A DNA stretch of 64,000 nucleotides, taken from the NCBI RefSeq assembly GCF_009914755.1, contig NC_060933.1; one strand, written 5' to 3'. The translations under genes were made by a program, and so were the position numbers. Positions 14,001 to 29,267 of this stretch are shown here, one piece after another. Each line of letters begins with the position of its first letter. Position 1 is the stretch's first letter. The notes under the pieces were generated by a model, which ran no database searches, was not told the DNA's origin, and saw only the letters and a list, made by a program, of their open reading frames with translations. Source of the DNA: the human T2T-CHM13v2.0 reference genome, Homo sapiens.

Positions 14001-17000
14001 CGAAAGGAATGGAATGGAATGGAATGGATTCAACCCAAATGGAATGAAAAGGAATGGAATAAACCCGAGTGGAATGGCATGGAATGGAGTGGAATGGAAT
14101 GGAATGGAATGGTACAGAATAGAATGGAATGGAACGAAATGGAATGGAATGGAATGGAATGGAATGGAATGGAATGGAACGGAATGCAATGGAATGGAAT
14201 GGAATGGAATGAACCCGTGTGCAATGGAATGGAATGGAATGGAATGGGTTCAACACTAATGGAATGCAAAGGAATGGAATCAACACGAGTGGAATGGCAT
14301 GGAATGGAATGGAATGGAATGGAATGGAATGGAATGGAATGGAATGAAATGGAATGGAATGGAATGGAATGGAATCAACCTGAGTGCAGTGTAATGGAAT
14401 GGAATGGAATGGAATGGATTCAACACGAATGGAATGGAAAGGAATGGAATAAAACCGCGTGGAATGGCATGGAATGGAGTGGAATGGAATGGAATGGAAT
14501 GGAATGGAATCAACCCGAGTGCAATGTAATGGAATCGAATGGAATGGAATGGAATGGAATGGATTCAACCGGAATGGAATGGAAAGGAATGGACTAAACC
14601 CGAGTGGAATGGCATGGAGTGGAGTGGAATGGAATGGAATGGAATGGAATGGAATGGTACGGAATAGAATGGAATGGAACGACATGGAATGGAATGGAAT
14701 GGAATGGAATGGAATGGAATGGAATGAACCCGTGTGCAATGGAATGCAATCGAATGGAATGGAATGGATTGGAATGGATTCAACTCGAATGTAATGGAAA
14801 GGAATGGAATCAACCCGAGTGGAATGGCATGGAATGGAATGGAATGGAATGGAATGGAATGGAATGGAATGGTACGGAATAGAATGGAAAGGAACGAAAT
14901 GGAATGGAATGAAATGGAATGGAATGGAATGGAATGGAATGGAATGGAATGGAATGGAATCAACCCGAGTGCAGGGGAATGGAATGGAATTGAAGGCAAT
15001 GGAATGGAATCATCCGGAATTGAATGGAATGGAATGGAATCAACTCGATTGCAATGGAATGGAATGGAATGGAATGGAATGGAATGGAATGGAATGGAAT
15101 GGAATGGAATGGAATGGAATTAACCCGAATAGAATGGAATGGAATGGAATGGAAGTAAATGGAATGGAAGGTAATGAACCCGAGTGCAGGGGAATGGAAT
15201 GGAATGGAATGCAATGGAATGGAGTCATCCGGAATGGAACGGAAAGGAATGGAATGGAACCAACCCGTGTGCAATGGAATTGAAAGGAATGGAATGGAAT
15301 GGAATGGAATGGAATGGAATGGATTCAACCCGAATGGAATGGAAAGGAAGGGAATCAAACCAAGTGGAATGGCATGGAATGGAATGGATAGGAATGGAAT
15401 GGAATGGAATGGTACCGAATGGAATAGAATGGAATGGTACCGAATAGAATGGAATGGAACGAAATGGAATGGAATGGAATGGAATGGAATGGAATGAACC
15501 TGTGTGCAATGGATTGGAATGGAATGGAATGGAATGGAATGGAATGGGTTCGACTCGAATGGAACGGAATGGAATGAAATCAAACCGAGTGGAATGGCAT
15601 GGAATGGAATGCAATGGAATGGAATGGAATGGAATGGAATGGAATGGAATGAACCCGTGTGCAATGGAATGGAATCGAATGGAATGGAATGGAATGCAAA
15701 GGATACAACTCGAATGGAATTGAAAGGAATGAAATCAACCCGAGTGGAATGGCATGGACTGGAATGGAATGGAATGGCATGGAATGGAATGGAATTGAAT
15801 GGTACGGAATAGAATCGAATGGAACGAAATGGAATGGAATGGAATGGAATGGAATGGAATGGAAACAACCCGAGTGCATGGTAATGGAATGGAATGGAAG
15901 GAAATGGAATGGAATCATCCGGAATGGAATGGAATGGAATGGAATGGAATGGAATGGAATGGAATCAACTCGATTGCAATGGAATGGAATGGAATGGAAT
16001 GGAATGGAATGGAATTAACCCGGATAGAATCGAATGGAATGGAATGGAATGGAATGGAATGGAATGGAATGGAAGGGAATGGAATGTAATGGAATGGAAT
16101 GGAATTAACCCGAATAGAATGGAATGGAACGGAAAGGAAGGGAATGGAATGGAATGTAATCAACTCCAGTGCAGGGGAATACAATGGAATGGAATGAAAT
16201 GGAATGGAGTCATACGGAATGGAAGGGAATGGAATGGAATCAACCAGAGTGCAATGGAATGGAGTGGAATGGAATGGAATAGAATGGAAACAACACGAAT
16301 GGAATAGAATGTAATGGAGTGTAAGGGAATTGCATATAATCAATCCGAATGTAATGGAATGGAACGGAAAGGAATGGAATGGAATGGAATGGAATGGAAT
16401 GGAATGGAATTGAATGAAATGGAATGGCATGGAATGGAATGGAATCAACCCGAGTTCAATGGAATTGAATGGAATGGAATGGAATGGAATGGAATGGAAT
16501 CAACTAGATTGCAATGGAATGGAATGGAATGGGATGGAATGGAATGGAATGGAATGGAATGGAATTAACCCTAATAGAATGGAATGGAATGGAATGGAAT
16601 GGAATAGAATGGAATGGAATGGAATAGAATGGAATGGAAAGGAATGGAATGGAATGGAATGGAATGGAATTAACCCGAGTTCAATGGAATTGAATGGAAT
16701 GGAATGGAATGGAATGGAATGGAATGGAATCAACTCGATTGCAATGGAATGGAATGGAATGGGATGGAATGGAATGGAATGGAATGGAATGGAATTAACC
16801 CTAATAGAATGGAATGGAATGGAATGGAATGGAATAGAATGGAATGGAAGGGAATGGAATGGAATGGAATGGAATGGAATTAACCCGAATAGAATGGAAT
16901 GGAATGGAATGGAATGGAATGGAATGGAATGGAATGGAATCAACTCGATTTCAATGGAATGGAATGGAATGGAATGGAATGCAATGGAAGGGAATGGAAT

Positions 17001-20000
17001 GGAATGGAATGAAATTAACCCGAATAGAATGGAATGGAATGGAATGGAATGGAATGGAATGGAATGGAATGGAATAGAATGGAATCCACCCGAGTGCAAG
17101 GGAATGGAATGGAATGGAATGCAATGGAATGGAATCATACGGAATGGAATGGAATGGAATGGAATGCAATGGAATGGAATGGAATCACCCGATTGAAATG
17201 GAATGGAGTGGAATGGAATGGAATGGAATGGAAACAACCCAAAAGGAATGGAATGTAATGGAGAGTAAGGGAATTGAATAGAATCAATACGAATGTAATG
17301 GAATGGAATGGAACAGAATGGAATGCGATCAACCCGAGTGAAATGGAATGGAATCGAAAAGAATGGTATGGAATGGAATGGTTTCAACCCGAATGGAATG
17401 GAAAGGAATGGAATCAACCCGAGTGGAATGCAATGGAATGGAATGGAATGGAATGGGTTCAACTCGAATGGAATGGAAAGGAATGGAATCAACCTGAGTG
17501 GAATGGCATGGAATGGAATGGAATGGAATGGAAGGGAATGGAATGGAATGGAATTAACCTGAAGAGAATGGAAGGGAATGGAATGGAACGGAACGGAATG
17601 GAATGGAATGGAATGGAATGGAATGGAATGGAATGCAATGGAATGGGATCAACCCGAGTACAGGGGAATGGAATGCAATGGAATGCAATGGAATGGAATC
17701 ATCCCGAATGGAATGGAATGGAATGGAATGCAATGGAATGGAATCAATCAACCCGAGTGCAATAGAATGCAGTGGAATGGAATGGAATGGTATGGAAACT
17801 ACCCGAATGGAATAGAATGTAATGGAGTGTAAGGGAATTAAAAAAAATCAATCCGAATGTAATGGAATTGAATGGAACGGAATGGAATGGAATGGAATGG
17901 AATGGAATGGAATTAACCCGAATAGAATGGAAAGGAATGGAATGGAATGGAATGGAATGTAATGGAATGGAATGGAATGGAACAGAAAAGAATGGAATGG
18001 AACGAAATGGAATGGAATGAAATGGAATGGAATGGAATGGAATGGAAACAACCCGAGTGCAGGGGAATGGAATGGAATTGAAGGCAATGGAATGGAATCA
18101 TCCGGAATTGAATGGAATGGAATGGAATCAACTCGATTGCAATGGAATGCAATGGAATGCAATGGAATGGAATGGAATGGAATGGAAGGGAATGGAATGG
18201 AATGGAATGGAATTAACCCGAATAGAATGGAATTGAATGGAATGGAATGGAATGGAAGTAAATGGAATGGAATGTAATGAACCCGAGGGCAGGGGAATGG
18301 AATGGAATGGAATGCAATGGAATGGAGTCATCCGGAATGGAACAGAAAGGAATGGAATGGAATCAACCCGTGTGCAATGGAATGGAAAGGAATGGAATGG
18401 AATGGAATGGAATGGATTCAACCCGAATGGAATGGAAAGGAACGGAATCAACCCAAGTGGAATGGCATGGAATGGAATGGAATGGAATGGAATGGAATGG
18501 TACCGAATAGAATGGAATGGAACGAAATGGAATAGAATGGAATGGAATAGTATGGAAACAACCCGAATGGAATGGAATGAAATGGAGTGTAAGGGAATTG
18601 AATACAATCAATCCGAATGTAATGGAATGGAATGGAACGGAATGGAATGGAATGGAATGGAATGCAGTGGAATGGAATCAAACCTAGTGCAATGGAATGG
18701 AATGGAATGGAATGGAATGGAATGGAATGGAATGGAATGGATTCAACCCAAATGGAATGGAAAGCAATGGAATCAACCCGAGTGGAATGGCATGGAATGG
18801 AATGGAACGGAATGGAATGGAATGGAATGGAATGGAATGGAATGGTACGGAATAGAATGGAATGGAACGAAATGGAATGGAATGGAATGGAATGGAACGG
18901 AAAGGAATGGAATGGATTCAACTCGAATGGAATGGAAAGGAATGGAATCAACCCGAGTGGAATAGCATGGATTGGAATGGAAAGGAATGGAATGGAATGG
19001 TACGGAATAGAGTGGAATGGAACGAAATGGAATGGAATGGAATGGAATGGAATGGAATGGAATGGAATGGAATCAACCCGAGTGCAGGGGAATGGAGTGG
19101 AATGGAAGGCAATGGAATGGAATCATCCGGAATGGAATGGAATGGAATGGAATGGAATGGAATGGAATGGAATGGAATCAACCTGAGTGCAGGGGAATGG
19201 AATGCAATGGAATGCAATGGAATGGAATGGAATGGAATGCAATGGAAACAACTCGATTGCAATGGAATGGAATGGAATGGAATGGAATGCAATGGAATGC
19301 AATGGAATGGAATGGAATGGAATTAACCTGACCAGAATGGAATGGAATGGAATGGAATGGAACGGAATGGAATGGAATGGAATGGAATCGAATCAACCCG
19401 AGTGCAGGGGAATGGAATGGAAGGGAATGCAATGGAATGGATTCATCCGGAATGGAATGGAATGGAATGGAATGCAATGGAATGGAATCAATCAACCCGA
19501 GTGCAATGCAATGGAGTGGAATGGAATGGAATGGAACGGAAACTACCCGAATGGAATGGAATGTAATGGAGTGTAAGGGAATTGAAAAGAATCAATCCGA
19601 ATGTAATGGAATGGAATGGAACGGAATGAAATGGAATGGCATGGAATGGAATGGAATCAACCCGAGTTCAATGGAATGGAATTGAACGGAATGGAATGGA
19701 AAGGAATGGATTCAACCCGAACGGAATGGAAAGGAATGGAATGGAATGGAATGGAATGGTACGGAATAGAATGGAATGGAACGAAATGGAATGGAATGGA
19801 ATGGAATGGAATGGAATGGAATGGAATGAACCCGTGTGCAATGGATTGGAATGGAATGGAATGGAATGGAATGGAATGGAATGGAATGGAATGGTTTCAA
19901 CTCGAATGGAATGGAAAGGAATGGAATCAACCCGAGTGGAATGGCATGGAATGGAATGGAATGGAATGGAATGGAATGGAAAGGAATGGAATAGAATGAA

Positions 20001-22633
20001 ATGGAATGGAATGGAATGGAATGGAAACAACACGAGTGCAATGTAATGGAATCGAGTGGAATGGAATTGAATGGATAGGAATGGATTCAATCCGAATGGA
20101 ATGGAAAGGAATGGAATAAACCCGAGAGGAATAGCATGGAATGGAGTGGAATGGAATGGAATGGAATGGAATGGTATGGAATAGAATGGAATGGAACTAA
20201 ATGGAATGGAATGGAATGGAATGGAATAGAATGAACCCGTGTGCAATGGAATGGAATGGAATGGAATGGAATGGAATGGAATGGATTCAACTCGAATGGA
20301 ATGGAAAGGAATGGAATCAACCCGAGTGGAATAGCATGGATTGGAATGGAAAGGAATGGAATGGAATGGTACGGAATAGAGTGGAATGGAACGAAATGGA
20401 ATGGAATGGAATGGAATGGAATGGAATGGAATGGAATCAACCCGAGTGTAGGGGAATGGAGTGGAATGGAAGGCAATGGAATGGAATCATCCGGAATTGA
20501 ATGGAATGGAATGGAATGGAATGGAATCAACTCGATTGAAATGGAATGGAATGGAATGGAGTGGATGGGAATGGAATGGAATGTAATGAACCCGAGTGCA
20601 GGGGAATGGAATGGAATGGAATGCAATGGAATGGAGTCATCCTGAATGGAACGGAATGGAATGGAATGGAATCAACCCGTGTGCAATATAATGGAATCGA
20701 AAGGAATGGAATGGAATGGAATGGATTCAACCCAAATGGAATGAAAAGGAATGGAATAAACCCGAGTGGAATGGCATGGAATGGAGTGGAATGGAATGGA
20801 ATGGAATGGTACAGAATAGAATGGAATGGAACGAAATGGAATGGAATGGAATGGAATGGAATGGAATGGAATGGAATGGAACGGAATGCAATGGAATGGA
20901 ATGGAATGGAATGGAATATAATGAACCCGTGTGCAATGGAATGGAATGGAATGGAATGGGTTCAACACTAATGGAATGCAAAGGAATGGAATCAACACGA
21001 GTGGAATGGCATGGAATGGAATGGAATGGAATGGAATGGAATGGAATGGAATGGAATGAAATGGAATGGAATGGAATGGAATCAACCTGAGTGCAGTGTA
21101 ATGGAATCGAATGGAATGGAATGGAATGGAATGGATTCAACACGAATGGAATGGAAAGGAATGGAATAAACCCGCGTGGAATGGCATGGAATGGAGTGGA
21201 ATGGAATGGAATGGAATGGAATGGAATCAACCCGAGTGCAATGTAATGGAATCGAATGGAATGGAATGGAATGGAATGGATTCAACCCGAATGGAATGGA
21301 AAGGAATGGACTAAACCCGAGTGGAATGGCATGGAGTGGAGTGGAATGGAATGGAATGGAATGGAATGGAATGGTACGGAATAGAATGGAATGGAACGAC
21401 ATGGAATGGAATGGAATGGAATGGAATGGAATGGAATGGAATGAACCCGTGTGCAATGGAATGGAATCGAATGGAATGGAATGGATTGGAATGGATTCAA
21501 CTCGAATGGAATGGAAAGGAATGGAATCAACCCGAGTGGAATGGCATGGAATGGAATGGAATGGAATGGAATGGAAAGGAATGGAATGGAATGGTACGGA
21601 ATAGAATGGAAAGGAACGAAATGGAATGGAATGAAATGGAATGGAATGGAATGGAATGGAATGGAATGGAATGGAATGGAATCAACCCGAGTGCAGGGGA
21701 ATGGAATGGAATTGAAGGCAATGGAATGGAATCATCCGGAATTGAATGGAATGGAATGGAATCAACTCGATTGCAATGGAATGGAATGGAATGGAATGGA
21801 ATGGAATGGAATGGAATGGAATGGAATGGAATGGAATTAACCCGAATAGAATGGAATGGAATGGAATGGAAGTAAATGGAATGGAAGGTAATGAACCCGA
21901 GTGCAGGGGAATGGAATGGAATGGAATGCAATGGAATGGAGTCATCCGGAATGGAACGGAAAGGAATGGAATGGAACCAACCCGTGTGCAATGGAATTGA
22001 AAGGAATGGAATGGAATGGAATGGAATGGAATGGAATGGATTCAACCCGAATGGAATGGAAAGGAAGGGAATCAACCCAAGTGGAATGGCATGGAATGGA
22101 ATGGATAGGAATGGAATGGAATGGAATGGTACCGAATGGGATAGAATGGAATGGTACCGAATAGAATGGAATGGAACGAAATGGAATGGAATGGAATGGA
22201 ATGAACCCGTGTGCAATGGATTGGAATGGAATGGAATGGAATGGAATGGAATGGAATGGGTTCGACTCGAATGGAACGGAATGGAATGAAATCAAACCGA
22301 GTGGAATGGCATGGAATGGAATGGAATGGAATGGAATGGAATGGAATGGAATGGAATGGAAACAACACGAGTGCAATGTAATGGAATCGAATGGAATGGA
22401 ATGCAATGGATTCAACCCGAATGGAATGGAAACGAATGGAATAAAACCGAGTGGAATGGCATGGAATGGAGTCTAATGGAATGGAATGGAATCGAATGGT
22501 ATGGAATAGAATGGAATGGAACGAAATGGAATGGAATGGAATGGAATGAAATGAACCCGTGTGCAATGGAATGGAATGGAATGGAATGGAATGGAATGGA
22601 TTCAACTCGAATGGAATGGAAAGGAATGGAATC
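11083..22633 (+). repeat. Higher-order unit 2 (full-length, ~11.55 kb)
   Basis: GTTTTCGAG 11782 -> 23343 (11561 bp). Its last ~1.3 kb matches window 1-1346, sharing the GGTACCGAATGGGATAG variant at ~841 and ~22128. Confidence 0.85.
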
Positions 22634-25600
22634 AACCCGAGTGGAATGGCATGGAATGGAATGGAATGGAATGGAATTAACCCTAATAGAATGGAATGGA
22701 ATGGAATGGAATTGAATGGAATGGAATGGAATGGAAGGAAATGGAATGGAATGGAATGGAATGGAATGGAATGGAATGGAATGGAATGGTACGGAATAGA
22801 ATGGAATGGAACGAAATGGAATGGAATGGAATGGAATGGAATGGAATGGAATGGAATGGAATGGAATCAACCCGAGTGCAGGGGAATGGAATGGAATGGA
22901 AGGCAATGGAATGACATCATTCGGAATTGAATGGAATGGAATGGAATGGAATGGAATCAACTCGATTGAAATGGAATGGAATGGAATGGAATGGAATGGA
23001 ATGGAATGGAATGGAAGTGAATGGAATGGAATGTAATGAAACCGAGTGCAGGGGAATGGAATGGAATGGAATGCAATGGAATGGAGTCATCCGGAATGGA
23101 ACGGAATGGAATGGAATGGAATCAACCCGAGTGCAATGGAATGGAATGCAATGGAAAGGAATGGAATGGAATGGACTCAACCCGAATGGAATGGAAAGGA
23201 ATGGAATCAACCCGAGAGGAATGGCATGGAATGGAATGGAATGGAATGGAGTGGAATGGTACAGAATAGAATGTAATGGAACGAAATGGAATGGAATGGA
23301 ATGGAATGGAATGGAATCATTCCGAGTGGAATAGAAGGGAATGTTTTCGAGTGGAATGAAAAGGAATGGAATCAACCAGAGTGGAATGGAATGGAATCGA
23401 GTGGAATGGAATGCAATCGAATGGAATGGAAAGGAATAGAATGGAATCAACCCGAGTGGAATGGAATGGAAAGGACTGGAATGGAATGGAATGGAATGCA
23501 ATGGAATCAACTCGATTGCAATGAAATGGAATGGAATGGAATGGAATGGAATGGAATGGAATTAACCGGAATAGAATGGAATTGAATGGAATGGAAAGGA
23601 ATGGAATGGAATAGAATGGAATGGAATGGATTCAACTCGAATGGAACGGAAAGGAATGGAATCAACCCGAGTGGAATGGCATGGAACGGAATGGAATGGA
23701 ATGGAATGGAATGGAATGGAATTAACCCTAATAGAATGGAATGGAACGAAATGGAATGGAATGGAATGGAATGGAACGGAAAGGAATGGAATGGATTCAA
23801 CTCGAATGGAATGGAAAGGAATGAAATCAACCCGAGTGGAATAGCATGGATTGGAATGGAAAGGAATGGAATGGAATGGTACGGAATAGAGTGGAATGGA
23901 ACGAAATGGAATGGAATGGAATGGAATGGAATGGAATGGAATGGAATGGAATGGAATGGAATCAACCCGAGTGCAGGGGAATGGAGTGGAATGGAAGGCA
24001 ATGGAATGGAATCATCCGGAATGGAATGGAATGGAATGGAATGGAATGGAATGGAATCAACCTGAGTGCAGGGGAATGGAATGCAATGGAATGCAATGGA
24101 ATGGAATGCAATGGAAACAACTCGATTGCAATGGAATGGAATGGAATGGAATGGAATGGAATGGAATGGAATGGAATGGAATTAACCTGAACAGAATGGA
24201 ATGGAATGGAATGGAATGGAACGGAATGGAATGGAATGGAATGGAATGGAATCAACCCGAGTGCAGGGGAATGGAATGGAAGGAAATGCAATGGAATGGA
24301 TTCATCCGGAATGGAATGGAATGGAATGGAATGCAATGGAATGGAATCAATCAACCCGAGTGCAATGCAATGGAGTGGAATGGAATGGAATGGAACGGAA
24401 ACTACCCGAATGGAATGGAATCTAATGGAGTGTAAGGGAATTGAAAAGAATCAATCCGAATGTAATGGAATGGAATGGAACGGAATGAAATGGAATGGCA
24501 TGGAATGGAATGGAATTAACCCGAGTTCAATGGAATGGAATTGAACGGAATGGAATGGAAAGGAATGGATTCAACCCGAATGGAATGGAAAGGAATGGAA
24601 TGGAATGGAATGGAATGGTACGGAATAGAATGGAATGGAACGAAATGGAATGGAATGGAATGGAATGGAATGGAATGGAATGGAATGGAATGAACCCGTG
24701 TGCAATGGATTGGAATGGAATGGAATGGAATGGAATGGAATGGAATGGAATGGTTTCAACTCGAATGGAATGGAAAGGAGTGGAATCAACCCGAGTGGAA
24801 TGGCATGGAACGGAATGGAATGGAATGGAATGGAATGGAAAGGAATGGAATAGAATGAAATGGAATGGAATGGAATGGAATGGAAACAACACGAGTGCAA
24901 TGTAATGGAATCGAGTGGAATGGAATTGAATGGATAGGAATGGATTCAATCCGAATGGAATGGAAAGGAATGGAATAAACCCGAGAGGAATAGCATGGAA
25001 TGGAGTGGAATGGAATGGAATGGAAAGGAATGGTATGGAATAGAATGGAATGGAACTAAATGGAATGGAATGGAATGGAATGGAATGGAATAGAATGAAC
25101 CCGTGTGCAATGGAATGGAATGGAATGGAATGGAATGGAATGGAATGGAATGGATTCAACTCGAATGGAATGGAAAGGAATGGAATCAACCCGAGTGGAA
25201 TAGCATGGATTGGAATGGAAAGGAATGGAATGGAATGGTACGGAATAGAGTGGAATGGAACGAAATGGAATGGAATGGAATGGAATGGAATGGAATGGAA
25301 TGGAATCAACCCGAGTGCAGGGGAATGGAGTGGAATGGAAGGCAATGGAATGGAATCATCCGGAATTGAATGGAATGGAATGGAATGGAATGGAATCAAC
25401 TCGATTGAAATGGAATGGAATGGAATGGAATGGAGTGGATGGGAATGGAATGGAATGTAATGAACCCGAGTGCAGGGGAATGGAATGGAATGGAATGCAA
25501 TGGAATGGAGTCATCCTGAATGGAACGGAATGGAATGGAATGGAATCAACCCGTGTGCAATATAATGGAATCGAAAGGAATGGAATGGAATGGAATGGAT

Positions 25601-28600
25601 TCAACCCAAATGGAATGAAAAGGAATGGAATAAACCCGAGTGGAATGGCATGGAATGGAGTGGAATGGAATGGAATGGAATGGTACAGAATAGAATGGAA
25701 TGGAACGAAATGGAATGGAATGGAATGGAATGGAATGGAATGGAATGGAACGGAATGCAATGGAATGGAATGGAATGGAATGGAATGAACCCGTGTGCAA
25801 TGGAATGGAATGGAATGGAATGGGTTCAACACTAATGGAATGCAAAGGAATGGAATCAACACGAGTGGAATGGCATGGAATGGAATGGAATGGAATGGAA
25901 TGGAATGGAATGGAATGAAATGGAATGGAATGGAATGGAATGGAATCAACCTGAGTGCAGTGTAATGGAATCGAATGGAATGGAATGGAATGGAATGGAT
26001 TCAACACGAATGGAATGGAAAGGAATGGAATAAAACCGCGTGGAATGGCATGGAATGGAGTGGAATGGAATGGAATGGAATGGAATGGAATGGAATCAAC
26101 CCGAGTGCAATGTAATGGAATCGAATGGAATGGAATGGAATGGAATGGATTCAACCCGAATGGAATGGAAAGGAATGGACTAAACCCGAGTGGAATGGCA
26201 TGGAGTGGAGTGGAATGGAATGGAATGGAATGGAATGGAATGGTACGGAATAGAATGGAATGGAACGACATGGAATGGAATGGAATGGAATGGAATGGAA
26301 TGGAATGGAATGGAATGAACCCGTGTGCAATGGAATGCAATCGAATGGAATGGAATGGATTGGAATGGATTCAACTCGAATGTAATGGAAAGGAATGGAA
26401 TCAACCCGAGTGGAATGGCATGGAATGGAATGGAATGGAATGGAATGGAATGGAATGGAATGGAATGGTACGGAATAGAATGGAAAGGAACGAAATGGAA
26501 TGGAATGAAATGGAATGGAATGGAATGGAATGGAATGGAATGGAATGGAATGGAATGGAATGGAATGGAATCAACCCGAGTGCAGGGGAATGGAATGGAA
26601 TTGAAGGCAATGGAATGGAATCATCCGGAATTGAATGGAATGGAATGGAATCAACTCGATTGCAATGGAATGGAATGGAATGGAATGGAATGGAATGGAA
26701 TGGAATGGAATGGAATGGAATTAACCCGAATAGAATGGAATGGAATGGAATGGAAGTAAATGGAATGGAAGGTAATGAACCCGAGTGCAGGGGAATGGAA
26801 TGGAATGGAATGCAATGGAATGGAGTCATCCGGAATGGAACGGAAAGGAATGGAATGGAACCAACCCGTGTGCAATGGAATTGAAAGGAATGGAATGGAA
26901 TGGAATGGAATGGAATGGAATGGATTCAACCCGAATGGAATGGAAAGGAAGGGAATCAAACCAAGTGGAATGGCATGGAATGGAATGGATAGGAATGGAA
27001 TGGAATGGAATGGTACCGAATGGAATAGAATGGAATGGTACCGAATAGAATGGAATGGAACGAAATGGAATGGAATGGAATGGAATGGAATGGAATGAAC
27101 CCGTGTGCAATGGATTGGAATGGAATGGAATGGAATGGAATGGAATGGGTTCGACTCGAATGGAACGGAATGGAATGAAATCAAACCGAGTGGAATGGCA
27201 TGGAATGGAATGGAATGGAATGGAATGGAATGGAATGGAATGAACCCGTGTGCAATGGAATGGAATCGAATGGAATGGAATGGAATGCAAAGGATACAAC
27301 TCGAATGGAATTGAAAGGAATGAAATCAACCCGAGTGGAATGGCATGGACTGGAATGGAATGGAATGGCATGGAATGGAATGGAATTGAATGGTACGGAA
27401 TAGAATCGAATGGAACGAAATGGAATGGAATGGAATGGAATGGAATGGAATGGAAACAACCCGAGTGCATGGTAATGGAATGGAATGGAAGGAAATGGAA
27501 TGGAATCATCCGGAATGGAATGGAATGGAATGGAATGGAATGGAATGGAATGGAATCAACTCGATTGCAATGGAATGGAATGGAATGGAATGGAATGGAA
27601 TGGAATTAACCCGGATAGAATCGAATGGAATGGAATGGAATGGAATGGAATGGAATGGAATGGAAGGGAATGGAATGTAATGGAATGGAATGGAATTAAC
27701 CCGAATAGAATGGAATGGAACGGAAAGGAAGGGAATGGAATGGAATGTAATCAACTCCAGTGCAGGGGAATACAATGGAATGGAATGAAATGGAATGGAG
27801 TCATACGGAATGGAAGGGAATGGAATGGAATCAACCAGAGGGCAATGGAATGGAGTGGAATGGAATGGAATGGAATGGAAACAACACGAATGGAATAGAA
27901 TGTAATGGAGTGTAAGGGAATTGCATATAATCAATCCGAATGTAATGGAATGGAACGGAAAGGAATGGAATGGAATGGAATGGAATGGAATGGAATGGAA
28001 TGGAATGAAATGGAATGGCATGGAATGGAATGGAATCAACCCGAGTTCAATGGAATTGAATGGAATGGAATGGAATGGAATCAACTAGATTGCAATGGAA
28101 TGGAATGGAATGGGATGGAATGGAATGGAATGGAATGGAATGGAATTAACCCTAATAGAATGGAATGGAATGGAATGGAATGGAATAGAACGGAATGGAA
28201 TGGAATAGAATGGAATGGAAAGGAATGGAATGGAATGGAATGGAATGGAAATAACCCGAGTTCAATGGAATTGAATGGAATGGAATGGAATGGAATGGAA
28301 TGGAATGGAATGGAATCAACTCGATTGCAATGGAATGGAATGGAATGGGATGGAATGGAATGGAATGGAATGGAATGGAATTAACCCTAATAGAATGGAA
28401 TGGAATGGAATGGAATGGAATAGAATGGAATGGAAGGGAATGGAATGGAATGGAATGGAATGGAATGGAATTAACCCGAATAGAATGGAATGGAATGGAA
28501 TGGAAGTAAATGGAATGGAAGGTAATGAACCCGAGTGCAGGGGAATGGAATGGAATGGAATGCAATGGAATGGAGTCATCCGGAATGGAACGGAAAGGAA

Positions 28601-29267
28601 TGGAATGGAACCAACCCGTGTGCAATGGAATTGAAAGGAATGGAATGGAATGGAATGGAATGGAATGGAATGGATTCAACCCGAATGGAATGGAAAGGAA
28701 GGGAATCAAACCAAGTGGAATGGCATGGAATGGAATGGATAGGAATGGAATGGAATGGAATGGTACCGAATGGAATAGAATGGAATGGTACCGAATAGAA
28801 TGGAATGGAACGAAATGGAATGGAATGGAATGGAATGGAATGGAATGAACCCGTGTGCAATGGATTGGAATGGAATGGAATGGAATGGAATGGAATGGGT
28901 TCGACTCGAATGGAACGGAATGGAATGAAATCAAACCGAGTGGAATGGCATGGAATGGAATGGAATGGAATGGAATGGAATGGAATGGAATGGAAACAAC
29001 ACGAGTGCAATGTAATGGAATCGAATGGAATGGAATGCAATGGATTCAACCCGAATGGAATGGAAACGAATGGAATAAAACCGAGTGGAATGGCATGGAA
29101 TGGAGTCTAATGGAATGGAATGGAATGGAATGGTATGGAATAGAATGGAATGGAACGAAATGGAATGGAATGGAATGGAATGAAATGAACCCGTGTGCAA
29201 TGGAATGGAATGGAATGGAATGGAATGGAATGGATTCAACTCGAATGGAATGGAAAGGAATGGAATC
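22634..29267 (+). repeat. Higher-order unit 3 (~6.63-kb deletion variant)
   Basis: Colinear with unit 2 until ~28470, then jumps ahead ~4.9 kb. GTTTTCGAG 23343 -> 29992 (6649 bp). Confidence 0.8.
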
